Part shown: piece by piece, positions 1-8,999 of the stretch
How the letters are laid out: each line of letters begins with the position of its first letter
How positions within the stretch are numbered: the first letter of the stretch is position 1
NCBI GenBank assembly: GCA_017431825.1
Contig: JAFRKI010000002.1
Coordinates: forward strand, 155,863-219,862
From: Erysipelotrichaceae bacterium
Lineage (GTDB): Bacteria > Bacillota_I > Bacilli_A > Erysipelotrichales > Erysipelotrichaceae
Direction of reading: 5' to 3'
Length of the DNA: 64,000 nucleotides
Position numbers and translations under genes: made by a program
The notes under the pieces: generated by a model
The model's input: only the letters and a program-made list of their open reading frames with translations
Database searches by the model: none
What the model was told of the DNA's origin: nothing

Positions 1-1063
1 CGGTATCGACAGCTCTTCTGACGAAATCGTTCCTTACTATGACGGCATAAGCCAGACACATGATCATCACCATGACGAAACAGCTTATCGACCAGAACAG
101 GACGTGACGGTCATTGGCGTAGATGTTCTCGGTCAGAGCCACGGCGCAGATCACGGTATGATTACCGAAAGATTTTGATACGCAGTGGTATTTGATGCCG
201 TTGATGGTCTCAATACCGGAATAGCCGTCGACCAGCGCATCCTCTGAAAGACCGCTTTCAAAGACGTTTTTACCGGTCAGGCTTTCCTCATCATTCTCGA
301 AGTAGCTGAAAGAGTTGTTTTCGGTGTCGACCGCAAAGAGGAATCCTTCATTATTGATGGCTGTATTTCTCAATACTGCCGACAGATCCCTTAATGATGA
401 TATCTGCACGTCAAGGACCGAAGCATCCGATCCCAGCACTATCGTATATTGGGCATTTCCATAGAAATACGGAATTGAATAGAAATAGTAATCGCCGTAG
501 CTGTTTTTCACCGCCACCGGTTCTACTGTACCGTTGCTGCGTTTAGTTCCCTGAACGAGCCTTTCGATACTGCCCCGGCTCAGTAAGCCAAGGTCCGTAA
601 GATTATATCCGTAATACCCTTCAGCAGGCGCAAAGATCACTCTGCCGTCATTATCCATCAGGAAAAGATATTCTACTCCGGTCCTTCCCATCAGATCATT
701 GAGGAATCCGGCTCTGGTCTTTTCATCAGCTTCAGCCAGATGATCGAATACTCCGCTCTTGAACAGTTCGCTTAAGTCATCCAGCATGTCCTGATTGGAA
801 TCATGGAAGATGGCCGAGAGATCCTCGGCTTCCTGTTCATTGGTCTCCAGCGTCTCTACGGCTTCATTCAGGGCTAATTCAGAGTTTATACGCTGTTTAT
901 ATAAAGATGCCTTATTCTGTACAAAACGCAGAAAAAAAGCTATCAGAACGGCTCCTATGATGATCAGAGCAGCATTGAACAGTACCTTGGAGAAGAAATA
1001 TCTGTTGGCTTTCTTCCTTATATCCTGATATACTTCTTTTTCGATTTCTTCATAATTGCTCAT
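1..1063 (-). CDS. Membrane sensor protein, N-terminal part (TM, extracytoplasmic Cache-like domain, TM). The output domain lies outside the window.
   Basis: Open minus-strand frame running off the window edge; it is not in the ORF track. ATG at 1061-1063 is preceded by AGGAGA. My translation is MSNYEEIEKEVYQDIRKKANRYFFSKVLFNAALIIIGAVLIAFFL (TM1), then about 270 hydrophilic aa, then HVLFWSISCFVMVMIMCLAYAVIV (TM2). The domain family is a guess from topology. Confidence 0.5.
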   Translation of the reverse strand, partial: MSNYEEIEKEVYQDIRKKANRYFFSKVLFNAALIIIGAVLIAFFLRFVQNKASLYKQRINSELALNEAVETLETNEQEAEDLSAIFHDSNQDMLDDLSELFKSGVFDHLAEADEKTRAGFLNDLMGRTGVEYLFLMDNDGRVIFAPAEGYYGYNLTDLGLLSRGSIERLVQGTKRSNGTVEPVAVKNSYGDYYFYSIPYFYGNAQYTIVLGSDASVLDVQISSLRDLSAVLRNTAINNEGFLFAVDTENNSFSYFENDEESLTGKNVFESGLSEDALVDGYSGIETINGIKYHCVSKSFGNHTVICAVALTENIYANDRHVLFWSISCFVMVMIMCLAYAVIVRNDFVRRAVDT

Positions 1064-1101
1064 AGTATTCTCCTGCATCTACCGGATAATAATATTCTAC
1101 C

Positions 1102-1130
1102 AAAAAAGAAAAGAGACTTTTAAGTCTCTT
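1102..1130 (-). terminator. Rho-independent terminator of guaB
   Basis: Perfect 9-bp inverted repeat AAGAGACTT (1111-1119) / AAGTCTCTT (1122-1130). It overlaps the guaB stop codon and is followed on the minus strand by TTCTTTTTT. Confidence 0.75.
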
Positions 1131-2632
1131 TACTGATTATCGAGTTTATTGTTTTTGACGACGACGTCATGGGCACCGCCTTCGACGATGGATGTCGAAG
1201 ATACCACGGTAAGTCTGGCTTTCTTTCTGAATTCAGCCAGAGTATTGGCACCGCAGTTGGACATGGTCGACTTGACCTTGGATATGGTCACCTGTACGTT
1301 GTCCTTGAGATGACCGGCATAAGGCACGTAGGAATCGACGCCCTCCTCGAATTTGAAGCCGCCCTTTCCGCCCAGGTCATATCTCTGCCAGTTACGGGCT
1401 CTGGTGGAACCTTCGCCCCAGTACTCCTTGTAGTAGGTACCGTTGAAGTTGATAAGTGCTGAAGGTGATTCATGGAATCTGGCGAAATATCTGCCTAACA
1501 TAACGAAATCTGCACCCATGGCCAGAGCCAGCGTTATATGATGGTCAAAAACGATGCCGCCGTCCGAACAGATCGGAACGTATTCACCGGTCTTTTTGAA
1601 GTAATCGTCACGGGCCTTGGCCACTTCGATGACGGCTGTTGCCTGGCCTCTGCCGATACCCTTGGTTTCCCTTGTGATGCAGATGGATCCGCCGCCGATG
1701 CCGATCTTCACGAAGTCCGCTCCGGCATCCGCCAGATATCTGAAGCCTTCCGCATCGACGATGTTTCCGGCACCGACTTTCATATTCTTATAGTGTTTCT
1801 TGATCCACGAAATCGTATCTTTCTGATACTCGGTAAAGCCCTCGCTGGAATCGATGCACAAAACATCGACGCCCGCTTCTATGAGGGCAGGTACCCTTTC
1901 CTTGTAGTCTCTGGTATTGATACCGGCACCGACGATGTATCTTTTCTCGTCATCCAGCAGTTCGTTAGGATTGTCCTTATGGGACTCGTAGTCCTTTCTA
2001 AATACCATGTAGGCCAGATTGCCTTTATCGTCTATTACCGGCAGGGTATTGAGCTTATGATCCCAGATGATGTCATTGCAGGTGCTGAGGTCGTCTTTGG
2101 TGCTGCCGCAGATAAGCTTGTCGATAGGAGTCATGTACATGGATACAGGATCGTTCAGGTCCACTTTATTGATACGGTAATCACGCGAAGTGATCAGACC
2201 CATCAGCTTGCCGTTAGGTCCCCCGTTATCGGTAACGGCAACCGTGGAATGGCTTGTCTTTTCGATCAGCGCCAGAAGATCTTCAATGGTATCTTCCGGT
2301 CTGATATTGGAATCGGATACGACGAAACCGGCTTTGTATCTCTTTACCTTTCTGATCATTTCGGCTTCGGATTCGATCGACTGCGACCCGTAAATAAAAC
2401 TGACTCCGCCTTCCTTTGCCAGGGCTATGGCCATACTGTCATCAGATACTGATTGCATTATGGCAGAGACCATCGGCAACTTGAGAGTCAGAGTCGGTTT
2501 CTTTCCTTTTTTATATCTTACCAAAGGAGTGCTCAGATCGATATTCTCGGGAGTATTCTTCTTCGTGGAGAGTCCCGGTACGAGCAGATATTCGTTAAAA
2601 GTCCTTGATTCTTCCTTAAAGTATTTGGCCAT
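1130..2632 (-). CDS. guaB: IMP dehydrogenase
   Basis: 500 aa. TIM barrel with an inserted CBS pair and the catalytic-Cys loop [12 protein letters not shown]. The overall sequence is typical of IMPDH. Confidence 0.9.
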   Translation of the reverse strand: MAKYFKEESRTFNEYLLVPGLSTKKNTPENIDLSTPLVRYKKGKKPTLTLKLPMVSAIMQSVSDDSMAIALAKEGGVSFIYGSQSIESEAEMIRKVKRYKAGFVVSDSNIRPEDTIEDLLALIEKTSHSTVAVTDNGGPNGKLMGLITSRDYRINKVDLNDPVSMYMTPIDKLICGSTKDDLSTCNDIIWDHKLNTLPVIDDKGNLAYMVFRKDYESHKDNPNELLDDEKRYIVGAGINTRDYKERVPALIEAGVDVLCIDSSEGFTEYQKDTISWIKKHYKNMKVGAGNIVDAEGFRYLADAGADFVKIGIGGGSICITRETKGIGRGQATAVIEVAKARDDYFKKTGEYVPICSDGGIVFDHHITLALAMGADFVMLGRYFARFHESPSALINFNGTYYKEYWGEGSTRARNWQRYDLGGKGGFKFEEGVDSYVPYAGHLKDNVQVTISKVKSTMSNCGANTLAEFRKKARLTVVSSTSIVEGGAHDVVVKNNKLDNQ

Positions 2633-2710
2633 GTTTTCTCCTCTTTTTTTACTATTATAAATATAATTATAAAAAAGTAAATATGATATATTTATATCAG
2701 GAGTTTAACT

Positions 2711-4408
2711 ATGAAACTGAATGATTCTTACTTTTTCACACTGAGAGAAGACGCCAGAGACGAGGATTCCGTAAGCGGAAACCTGCTGGTAAAGGCCGGT
2801 TATATCAAGAAGACTTCGGCCGGTATCTACATGATGCTGCCTCTGGGTCTCAGGGTCCAGAACAAGATCGAAAACATCATCCGCAGGCACATGAATGAAA
2901 GCGGAGCCCAGGAAGTCAAGATGCCTGCCCTCATAGCTTCCGAGTATTATGAGGATTCGGGAAGGCTTTCCGGTTTCGGACCTTCGATCTTCAAGCTTAA
3001 GGACAGAGGCGGCAAGGACATGGTCCTTGGCCCTACGCACGAAGAGCTTTTTGCGTATGCCGCAAAGTCCATGATCAGGTCCTATAAGGACATGCCATTC
3101 AATCTGTATCAGTTTCAGACCAAATACCGTGATGAACCGCGAGCCCGTTTCGGTCTCATCAGAGTAAAGGAATTCGTCATGAAGGACGCCTACTCCTTTG
3201 ACGTGGATGAAGCGGGACTTGACGTATCATATAAGAAGATGTTCGATGCCTATAAGAAATCATTCGATGAGATGGGCATCGATTACCGGATAGTAAGAGC
3301 CGATACCGGTATCATGGGCGGTCTGTTATCGGAAGAATTCCAGGCCATCGCCCCTATCGGTGAAGACCAGATCTTCTACTGTGACTGCGGCTACTCTTCC
3401 AATATCGAAGTCGCCCAGCTCAGGTATACCGATCATTCCGATGAAAAAGAGAAAGAACTGACCATGGTCGAAACTCCGCATAAGGATAGCATCGAAGAAG
3501 TCTGCGAGTACCTGAATATTCCGGAAGACAGATCGGTCAAAGCTCTGCTTATGAACATCAACGATGAACTGACCGTCTTCTTCGTAAGAGGAGACAGAGA
3601 ACTCAATGAGACCAAAGTCTGCAAGCTCCTTGGCTGTTCCGAAGTAAATTTCGCCAATGATGAACTGATAGATGCCTCCAATGCCGTGGTCGGCTATACC
3701 GGTCCTATCGGCCTTAAGGCCAGGATCGTCGTTGATAATGAAGTGCTGGCCATGCGCAATTTCTGCTGCGGTGCCAATAAGGAAGGCTATCACTACATAA
3801 ACGCCAATCCTAAGGACTTCTCCTATGACGTTGCCGGCGATATCGTCAACGTCAGGGAAGGTGACATCTGCCCTGTCTGCGGCAAGCCTCTGAAGTTTAC
3901 CAAAGGAATAGAAGTAGGCAATACCTTCAAGCTTGGTACCAAATATGCCGAGGCCATGGATCTCTACTATCTCGATTCCGAAAACAAGGAAGAACCGGTA
4001 TGGATGGGTTCCTACGGTATCGGTCTGGGCCGAACGATGGCTGCCATCGTCGAACAGAACAACGATGAAAAAGGCATCATCTGGCCGCTCAATATCGCCC
4101 CTTACCACTGCATGGTCCTCGTCATGTCCACAAAGGACGAGATCCAGAATAAGCTCGGTGATGAACTGTATGAAAAACTCAACGAAAAAGGCGTTGAAAC
4201 GATACTCGATGACAGAAACGAACGTCCGGGCATCAAATTCAATGACTGTGATCTGATCGGCATACCTTACCGTATAACCGTCGGCAAGAAAGCTGCGGAA
4301 GGCATCATTGAACTTAAGAAACGGGGAAGCGATGAAGTAAAGGAAATGAGCGTCGAAGAAGCCGTTTCATTCCTCAAAGAAGCAATAAAAAAGAATGGTT
4401 CGTTATAG
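2711..4408 (+). CDS. proS: Prolyl-tRNA synthetase (bacterial type with editing insertion)
   Basis: 565 aa. N-terminus MKLNDSYFFTLRED..SGNLLVKAGYI and class II core motifs. The leader is only 78 nt, with no T-box. Confidence 0.9.
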   Translation: MKLNDSYFFTLREDARDEDSVSGNLLVKAGYIKKTSAGIYMMLPLGLRVQNKIENIIRRHMNESGAQEVKMPALIASEYYEDSGRLSGFGPSIFKLKDRGGKDMVLGPTHEELFAYAAKSMIRSYKDMPFNLYQFQTKYRDEPRARFGLIRVKEFVMKDAYSFDVDEAGLDVSYKKMFDAYKKSFDEMGIDYRIVRADTGIMGGLLSEEFQAIAPIGEDQIFYCDCGYSSNIEVAQLRYTDHSDEKEKELTMVETPHKDSIEEVCEYLNIPEDRSVKALLMNINDELTVFFVRGDRELNETKVCKLLGCSEVNFANDELIDASNAVVGYTGPIGLKARIVVDNEVLAMRNFCCGANKEGYHYINANPKDFSYDVAGDIVNVREGDICPVCGKPLKFTKGIEVGNTFKLGTKYAEAMDLYYLDSENKEEPVWMGSYGIGLGRTMAAIVEQNNDEKGIIWPLNIAPYHCMVLVMSTKDEIQNKLGDELYEKLNEKGVETILDDRNERPGIKFNDCDLIGIPYRITVGKKAAEGIIELKKRGSDEVKEMSVEEAVSFLKEAIKKNGSL

Positions 4409-4424
4409 GAACCATTCTTTTTTA
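4391..4424. terminator. Bidirectional terminator between convergent proS and the ABC permease gene
   Basis: 11-bp stem AAGAATGGTTC (4391-4401) / GAACCATTCTT (4409-4419) with a T-run after it and an A-run before it. It contains the proS stop codon. Confidence 0.8.
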
Positions 4425-5141
4425 ATCTTCCTTATTGAACAGCGATATCAGATGATCGAAGAGCGAACTGATAAGGATTATCAGTATCGTCCATGCAAAG
4501 ATATCGGCCATCAGGAAATTGGCTTTGGCATAATAAAGTTCCTTGCCGATACCGCTTTTCACCTGTGAGAGTATCTCGGCCATGATCGATACCTTAAAGC
4601 CCAGTGAACAGCAGTTGCCCAGGGCCGCAAGGATATCTTTTTTTATCAGCGGCAGATAGACGTGGATGATCTTGTGCAGAATCGGTCCCTGATATAATCT
4701 GGTTACCTTTATCAGTGAATCGTCGATATTCAGCAACGCATTCAGAATGGAGTTGTAGAATATCGGAAACACGACCAGCGAAGCGACGAGAATGACGCTG
4801 CCGTTTCTGCCCAGCCATAATAGCGCTACGATGATGTAGGTGATGTTAGGTATCGTCTTCAGCAGGACATACAAAGGATGCAGGAGTTCCCTGACCGTTT
4901 CATTGAAATATGCGCACAGGGCCAGCACCAGCGCTATGAAGAAACTTATCAGCAGACCGAAAAAGGTCCTGTATAAGGTCGTAAAAACGACTTTAAGGAA
5001 AGTGCCGTTTAAAAGGATATCCTTAAGTGAAACAAGAATATCCGTGATTCCCGGCAGTATGTAGCTCTTGTGTATAAGCATGCTGGCTGCCACATAGACC
5101 AGGATGATAATAAGTATCGATATAAGATGATTTTTCTTCAT
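4422..5141 (-). CDS. ABC transporter permease (NitT/TauT-like binding-protein-dependent family)
   Basis: 239 aa, about 6 hydrophobic segments, and it overlaps the upstream binding-protein gene by 1 nt. No cognate ATPase gene lies in the operon. Confidence 0.6.
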   Translation of the reverse strand: MKKNHLISILIIILVYVAASMLIHKSYILPGITDILVSLKDILLNGTFLKVVFTTLYRTFFGLLISFFIALVLALCAYFNETVRELLHPLYVLLKTIPNITYIIVALLWLGRNGSVILVASLVVFPIFYNSILNALLNIDDSLIKVTRLYQGPILHKIIHVYLPLIKKDILAALGNCCSLGFKVSIMAEILSQVKSGIGKELYYAKANFLMADIFAWTILIILISSLFDHLISLFNKED

Positions 5142-6043
5142 TATTCAATTATGACGGCTTTAGACAGCTCCACTTCACACAGCTCCAGGATAGCGGCTAT
5201 TTCATCATAACAGCTCGAGGCATTGACATAATCCAGTCCGCAGTAGTTGTAGGATTCCCTTATCAGGGTATAGTCGTCAAATCCTAGTCTGGTCACGTCC
5301 GTGTTTTCCAGGACGTTGTTGAAGGTGGTCTTATCGGTCTTGTAGGTATTGATGCCGGACTTGATCTTCTTGGCCAGAGCGACGATGTCGTTCTGGTTCT
5401 TTTCGATCAGATCGTTTCTTACGAATATCGCAAATTCCGGATAGCGGCCGTATTTCGTTTCATACTCGTAATCGGCTCTGAGATCTTCGATCTTGAAGAA
5501 CTCCTTGTCTTGGGAATCGTTGAGCTTGTTGAAAGTGATCTCATCGACGATGGCGGCGCTGATCTCGCCGTCTATCATGGCTTTCTCAAGCTGTGAAGGA
5601 CTGTCATACCAGACGATGTTGTAATTCTTGAGGTTTATGTCGGAAAGATAGTTTATCAGTTTACCGCCGACGGTATTGGGACCATAGGCACCGACGTTAC
5701 CGCTGCCGTAGTTTTCCTTATCGGCTACAAGGTAGGAGTTGCCGAATCCGATCACTGCCAGCATGCGGTAGTTCTGGTTTGAATTATAGGAATCGACACC
5801 GACGTTGACCGGAGCGATCAGGATATCGAACTTTCCATCCTCAAAAGAGTGCACGAAAGTATCGACACTCGTCGATGTCTGGATATCATATCCTTCATTT
5901 ACCAGGCTAAGTACACTTAAAGCCGGAGCCCCTCTGTAGGAAAGGATCGAAAACTTCTTTCCTTCATCGTCATCCAGAGTTACCGGACGGCAGCCGATAA
6001 GCAGAAGCAGCATACACAGCAGTGCTACAGTTTTTCTTAACAT
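5141..6043 (-). CDS. ABC transporter substrate-binding lipoprotein (NMT1/THI5-like / NitT-TauT family)
   Basis: 300 aa. Signal peptide with lipobox LLIGC. Overlaps the thrS 3' end by 7 nt. Confidence 0.55.
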   Translation of the reverse strand: MLRKTVALLCMLLLLIGCRPVTLDDDEGKKFSILSYRGAPALSVLSLVNEGYDIQTSTSVDTFVHSFEDGKFDILIAPVNVGVDSYNSNQNYRMLAVIGFGNSYLVADKENYGSGNVGAYGPNTVGGKLINYLSDINLKNYNIVWYDSPSQLEKAMIDGEISAAIVDEITFNKLNDSQDKEFFKIEDLRADYEYETKYGRYPEFAIFVRNDLIEKNQNDIVALAKKIKSGINTYKTDKTTFNNVLENTDVTRLGFDDYTLIRESYNYCGLDYVNASSCYDEIAAILELCEVELSKAVIIE

Positions 6044-7773
6044 AACGATTTTTCTATTTCTTCATTGAATTCCCTGATGGCATCTTCGATCTTCAGCGTA
6101 TGATTGCCTTCCTGTCCGTATCTTCTGATATTGACGGATCTTTCACTGGCTTCATTGTCGCCGACTACGATCTCGACCGGGATCTTCTTGAGCTGGGCTT
6201 CTCTGATACGGTAGCCGAGTTTTTCGTTACGTTCATCGACGGTCACTCTGAAACCGGCTTTGTCGAAGATCTCTTTTACTTCATTGGCGTAGGCGCCATG
6301 AGCTTCCGCATTGACCGGAACGATCCTGACCTGTTCAGGAGCCAGCCATAACGGGAAGGCACCGCCGTAGTTTTCGATGATGATACCAATGAATCTTTCG
6401 AGCGAACCGAAGCAGGCTCTGTGGATCATGACCGGCGTCTTCTTGGAGCCGTCTTCCGCAATATAGACACAGCCGAATCTTCCCGGCAGCTGCATATCCA
6501 GCTGAACGGTACCGCACTGCCAGATCCTTCCTAAGGAGTCGGTTAGCTTGAAGTCAAGCTTCGGGCCGTAGAAGGCGCCGTCGCCCGGATTTATCTTGAA
6601 ATTGTGGCCGGTAGCCAGACATGCTTTCTCTAAAGCCTTTTCCGCTTCATCCCAGACGCTTATCTCACCGATGAAGTCCTCAGGTCTCGTTGAGAGTTCG
6701 ATCGAGTAATTCAGACCGAAGATCGAGTATACGTAATCGTAGAGTTCAAGGATCCTGGCTACTTCATCGCCGATCTGTGATTCCATCAGCAAGGTATGGG
6801 CATCATCCTGAGTGAAGCCTCTTACTCTGAAGAGTCCGCTCAAAGCACCGGAAGCCTCGTATCTGTGGACATGACCCAGTTCCGAATATCTTAAAGGCAG
6901 TTCCCTGTAGGAATGCAGGGAATTGTTGTATACGAGGATAGCACCTGGACAGTTCATCGGTTTGATCGCATACATGCCGTCTTCGACTTCAAAAGTATAC
7001 ATGTCATCCTTATAATGATCCCAGTGACCGGAAGTCTCCCATAATTCTCTGTTTAGGAAGATAGGCGTATCGATTGTCTGATATCCCCTTTCCTTATGCA
7101 GCTTCAGCCAGAAGTCTTCCAGCGTCCTTCTTAAGGTAAATCCCTTAGGCAGCCAGAAAGGCAGACCCGGTCCGTATTCGGAGATCATGAACAGTTCGAG
7201 TTCCTTGCCCAGTTTACGGTGATCTCTCTTCTTGGCTTCTTCCAGAAGATTGAGATGATCGTTAAGCTCTTCTTCCGTTGGGAAACAGATACCGTAGATC
7301 CTCTGCAGCATCTTGTTGCTGGCATCGCCTTTCCAGTAGGCACCGGAAGCCTTCAGCAGTTTGAAGTTTTTCAGTTCCTTTACCGATTCCACATGCGGAC
7401 CGCGGCAGAGATCGGTGAAATCTCCCTGAGTATAAGTGGAGATGACCGTATCGTTTTCATCCATGTTACTGATAAGATCGAGTTTGTAAGGATCGTCCTT
7501 GAACTTCTCCAGGGCTTCTTCCTTGGATATCTCGTTTCTGACTATCCTCTTTCCGTCCTTGACTATCTTCTTCATTTCCTTTTCGATAGCCGGGAAATCA
7601 GCCTCGGATATTACCTTGTCACCCAGATCGATGTCATAGTAAAAACCTTCGGTGATGACCGGACCGACCCAGAACTTGGCATCCGGATACAGATGGCTGA
7701 TGGCCTGTGCCAGCAGATGGGCACATGAGTGATTCAGAGTATTCAGTTTTTCATTTTCCTTAATGTCTATCAT
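6037..7773 (-). CDS. thrS: Threonyl-tRNA synthetase lacking the N-terminal TGS domain
   Basis: The ORF track begins at a TTG at 7803, inside the T-box terminator. I place the start at ATG 7771-7773 (MIDIKENEK), preceded by GGGAGGG. The editing-domain motif HSCAHLL lies near the N-terminus and the class II core is present. Confidence 0.9.
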   Translation of the reverse strand: MIDIKENEKLNTLNHSCAHLLAQAISHLYPDAKFWVGPVITEGFYYDIDLGDKVISEADFPAIEKEMKKIVKDGKRIVRNEISKEEALEKFKDDPYKLDLISNMDENDTVISTYTQGDFTDLCRGPHVESVKELKNFKLLKASGAYWKGDASNKMLQRIYGICFPTEEELNDHLNLLEEAKKRDHRKLGKELELFMISEYGPGLPFWLPKGFTLRRTLEDFWLKLHKERGYQTIDTPIFLNRELWETSGHWDHYKDDMYTFEVEDGMYAIKPMNCPGAILVYNNSLHSYRELPLRYSELGHVHRYEASGALSGLFRVRGFTQDDAHTLLMESQIGDEVARILELYDYVYSIFGLNYSIELSTRPEDFIGEISVWDEAEKALEKACLATGHNFKINPGDGAFYGPKLDFKLTDSLGRIWQCGTVQLDMQLPGRFGCVYIAEDGSKKTPVMIHRACFGSLERFIGIIIENYGGAFPLWLAPEQVRIVPVNAEAHGAYANEVKEIFDKAGFRVTVDERNEKLGYRIREAQLKKIPVEIVVGDNEASERSVNIRRYGQEGNHTLKIEDAIREFNEEIEKSLC

Positions 7774-7977
7774 AATTCCCTCCCAAAACAAAAGGTGGCC
7801 CAAGGGCGCTGAAAGCGCGGTACCACCTTACTTATTACTCTTACTCTTAACGCGAGCGCACGTCTTTCGATTAAGAAGATCTCGTGAGCGGTAATCCTTT
7901 CGCATAGTCAGCTGTTTGCACCAACCACAGCCTCTCTTGAACATCTGCAAGAGGATCATGTCTCAGTCTTCGATAAC
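7774..7977 (-). promoter_or_regulatory. T-box leader (candidate Thr specifier ACC) with terminator/antiterminator
   Basis: Conserved T-box AAGGTGGTACCGCG (core at 7816-7827). The terminator arms are AAGGTGG / CCACCTT, followed by TTTGTTTT. The candidate specifier is ACC-G at 7890-7892. Upstream promoter: TTGAAA (8007-8012), 17 nt, TATATT (7984-7989). Confidence 0.85.
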
Positions 7978-7998
7978 AACACTAATATAAACTAAATC

Positions 7999-8397
7999 TT
8001 ATTTCTTTTCAAGTAAATCGGCTATGCGGTTGAGAGCCTTGAGCTCTTCACTTGGTTCCGGTTCCTTGGCTTCTTCTTCCTTAGGCTCTTCCTTGAGCTT
8101 ATTGATGGCTTTGATGACCATGAACAGGACAAAGGCCACGATCAGGAAGTTTACCACATACTGGATGAACGATCCGTAGTTGAGAGTGATGGCGTTTTCA
8201 CCTTCTCCCTTAAGTACGAGCTTGAGGGAATCAAAGGCAATATCGCCGCATAATAATGCAACTAACGGCATGATAATGTCATTGACGAGCGAGTTGACGA
8301 TGGATGTAAAAGCACTGCCTACGACGAGGCCTACAGCCATATCCATTACGTTTCCTTTGACGGCAAATTTCTTGAATTCTTCGATAAAGTTTTTCAT
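7999..8397 (-). CDS. mscL: Large-conductance mechanosensitive channel
   Basis: 132 aa. FKKFAVKGNVMDMAVGLVVGSAF is the typical MscL N-terminus/TM1. Confidence 0.9.
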   Translation of the reverse strand: MKNFIEEFKKFAVKGNVMDMAVGLVVGSAFTSIVNSLVNDIIMPLVALLCGDIAFDSLKLVLKGEGENAITLNYGSFIQYVVNFLIVAFVLFMVIKAINKLKEEPKEEEAKEPEPSEELKALNRIADLLEKK

Positions 8398-8428
8398 TAC
8401 GGTTTTCCTCTTTTTTTCTATATTAGCA

Positions 8429-8455
8429 TAAAAAAACTCCTCAATCGGAGTTTTA
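8429..8455 (-). terminator. Short terminator after the histone-like gene
   Basis: ACTCC / GGAGT stem (8436-8451) followed on the minus strand by TTTTTTT. The stem is only 5 bp. Confidence 0.5.
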
Positions 8456-8478
8456 ATAAGCTATCAGTCGATTAATAA

Positions 8479-8874
8479 CTATTTAGCTTTCTTAGCTGGA
8501 GCTTTCTTGGCAGGAGCCTTCTTAGCTGCAGGCTTCTTAGCTGGAGCAGCTTTCTTGGCAGGAGCCTTCTTAGCTACAGCCTTCTTTGCAGGAGCAGCCT
8601 TCTTGGCAGCGGCTTTCTTAGGAGCAGCCTTCTTGGCAGGAGCCTTCTTTTCAACAGCCTTCTTAACGGCAGTTGCTTTCTTAGCTACAGCCTTCTTTGC
8701 AGGAGCAGCCTTCTTAGCTACAGCTTTCTTAACAGCAGTTGCTTTCTTAGCTACAGCCTTCTTTGCAGGAGCAGCTTTCTTAGCTACAGCTTTCTTAACA
8801 GCAGTTGCTTTCTTAGCTACAGCCTTCTTTGCAGGAGCAGCCTTCTTAGCAGGAGCTTTCTTTGTTACTGGCAT
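8479..8874 (-). CDS. Lys/Ala-rich histone H1-like (AlgP/Hc-like) repeat protein, probably nucleoid-associated
   Basis: 131 aa, almost entirely K, A, P, V and T. It contains three exact-to-near-exact 22-aa repeats AAPAKKAVAKKATAVKKAVAKK. It has its own promoter and terminator. Confidence 0.7.
   Translation of the reverse strand: MPVTKKAPAKKAAPAKKAVAKKATAVKKAVAKKAAPAKKAVAKKATAVKKAVAKKAAPAKKAVAKKATAVKKAVEKKAPAKKAAPKKAAAKKAAPAKKAVAKKAPAKKAAPAKKPAAKKAPAKKAPAKKAK
8654..8851. repeat. Three tandem copies of a 66-bp coding repeat
   Basis: The units at 8654-8719, 8720-8785 and 8786-8851 differ at only a few positions (c/t and g/a). They are in frame within the histone-like CDS. Confidence 0.9.
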
Positions 8875-8923
8875 AAATCAATTCCCTTTCTTTTTTTCTA
8901 GATAAAAAATTTATCTAATTAAA

Positions 8924-8951
8924 ATTATACTCTTACAATTTCTTATTGCAA
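8924..8951 (-). promoter_or_regulatory. Sigma-70-type promoter of the histone-like gene
   Basis: TTGCAA (8946-8951), 16 nt, TATAAT (8924-8929) on the minus strand. Confidence 0.55.
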
Positions 8952-8966
8952 GAAATCATTTGCATT

Positions 8967-8995
8967 AAAAAGAGAAACGTTACGTTTCTCTTTTT
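8967..8995. terminator. Terminator after valS
   Basis: AGAGAAACG (8971-8979) / CGTTTCTCT (8983-8991) with a 3-nt loop, flanked by A and T runs. Confidence 0.8.
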
Positions 8996-8999
8996 GCGA

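Noticed and set aside
1538-2452. A 304-aa plus-strand ORF, and other long antisense ORFs such as 3326-4108, 7219-7728, 17562-18035 and 45880-46467.
   Set aside because: They lie entirely antisense to genes with unmistakable family identity (guaB, proS, thrS and others). Their translations are low-complexity or compositionally odd and carry no recognisable motifs.
8654-8851. The 66-bp tandem repeats as a possible CRISPR or minisatellite.
   Set aside because: The repeats are directly adjacent with no spacers, lie in frame inside a CDS, and no cas genes are nearby. This is a coding repeat.
8507-8905. A plus-strand ORF encoding an AFLAGA-type hydrophobic repeat protein.
   Set aside because: It is the mirror frame of the Lys/Ala repeat gene. 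The promoter, RBS and terminator geometry all fit the minus-strand KKA product.
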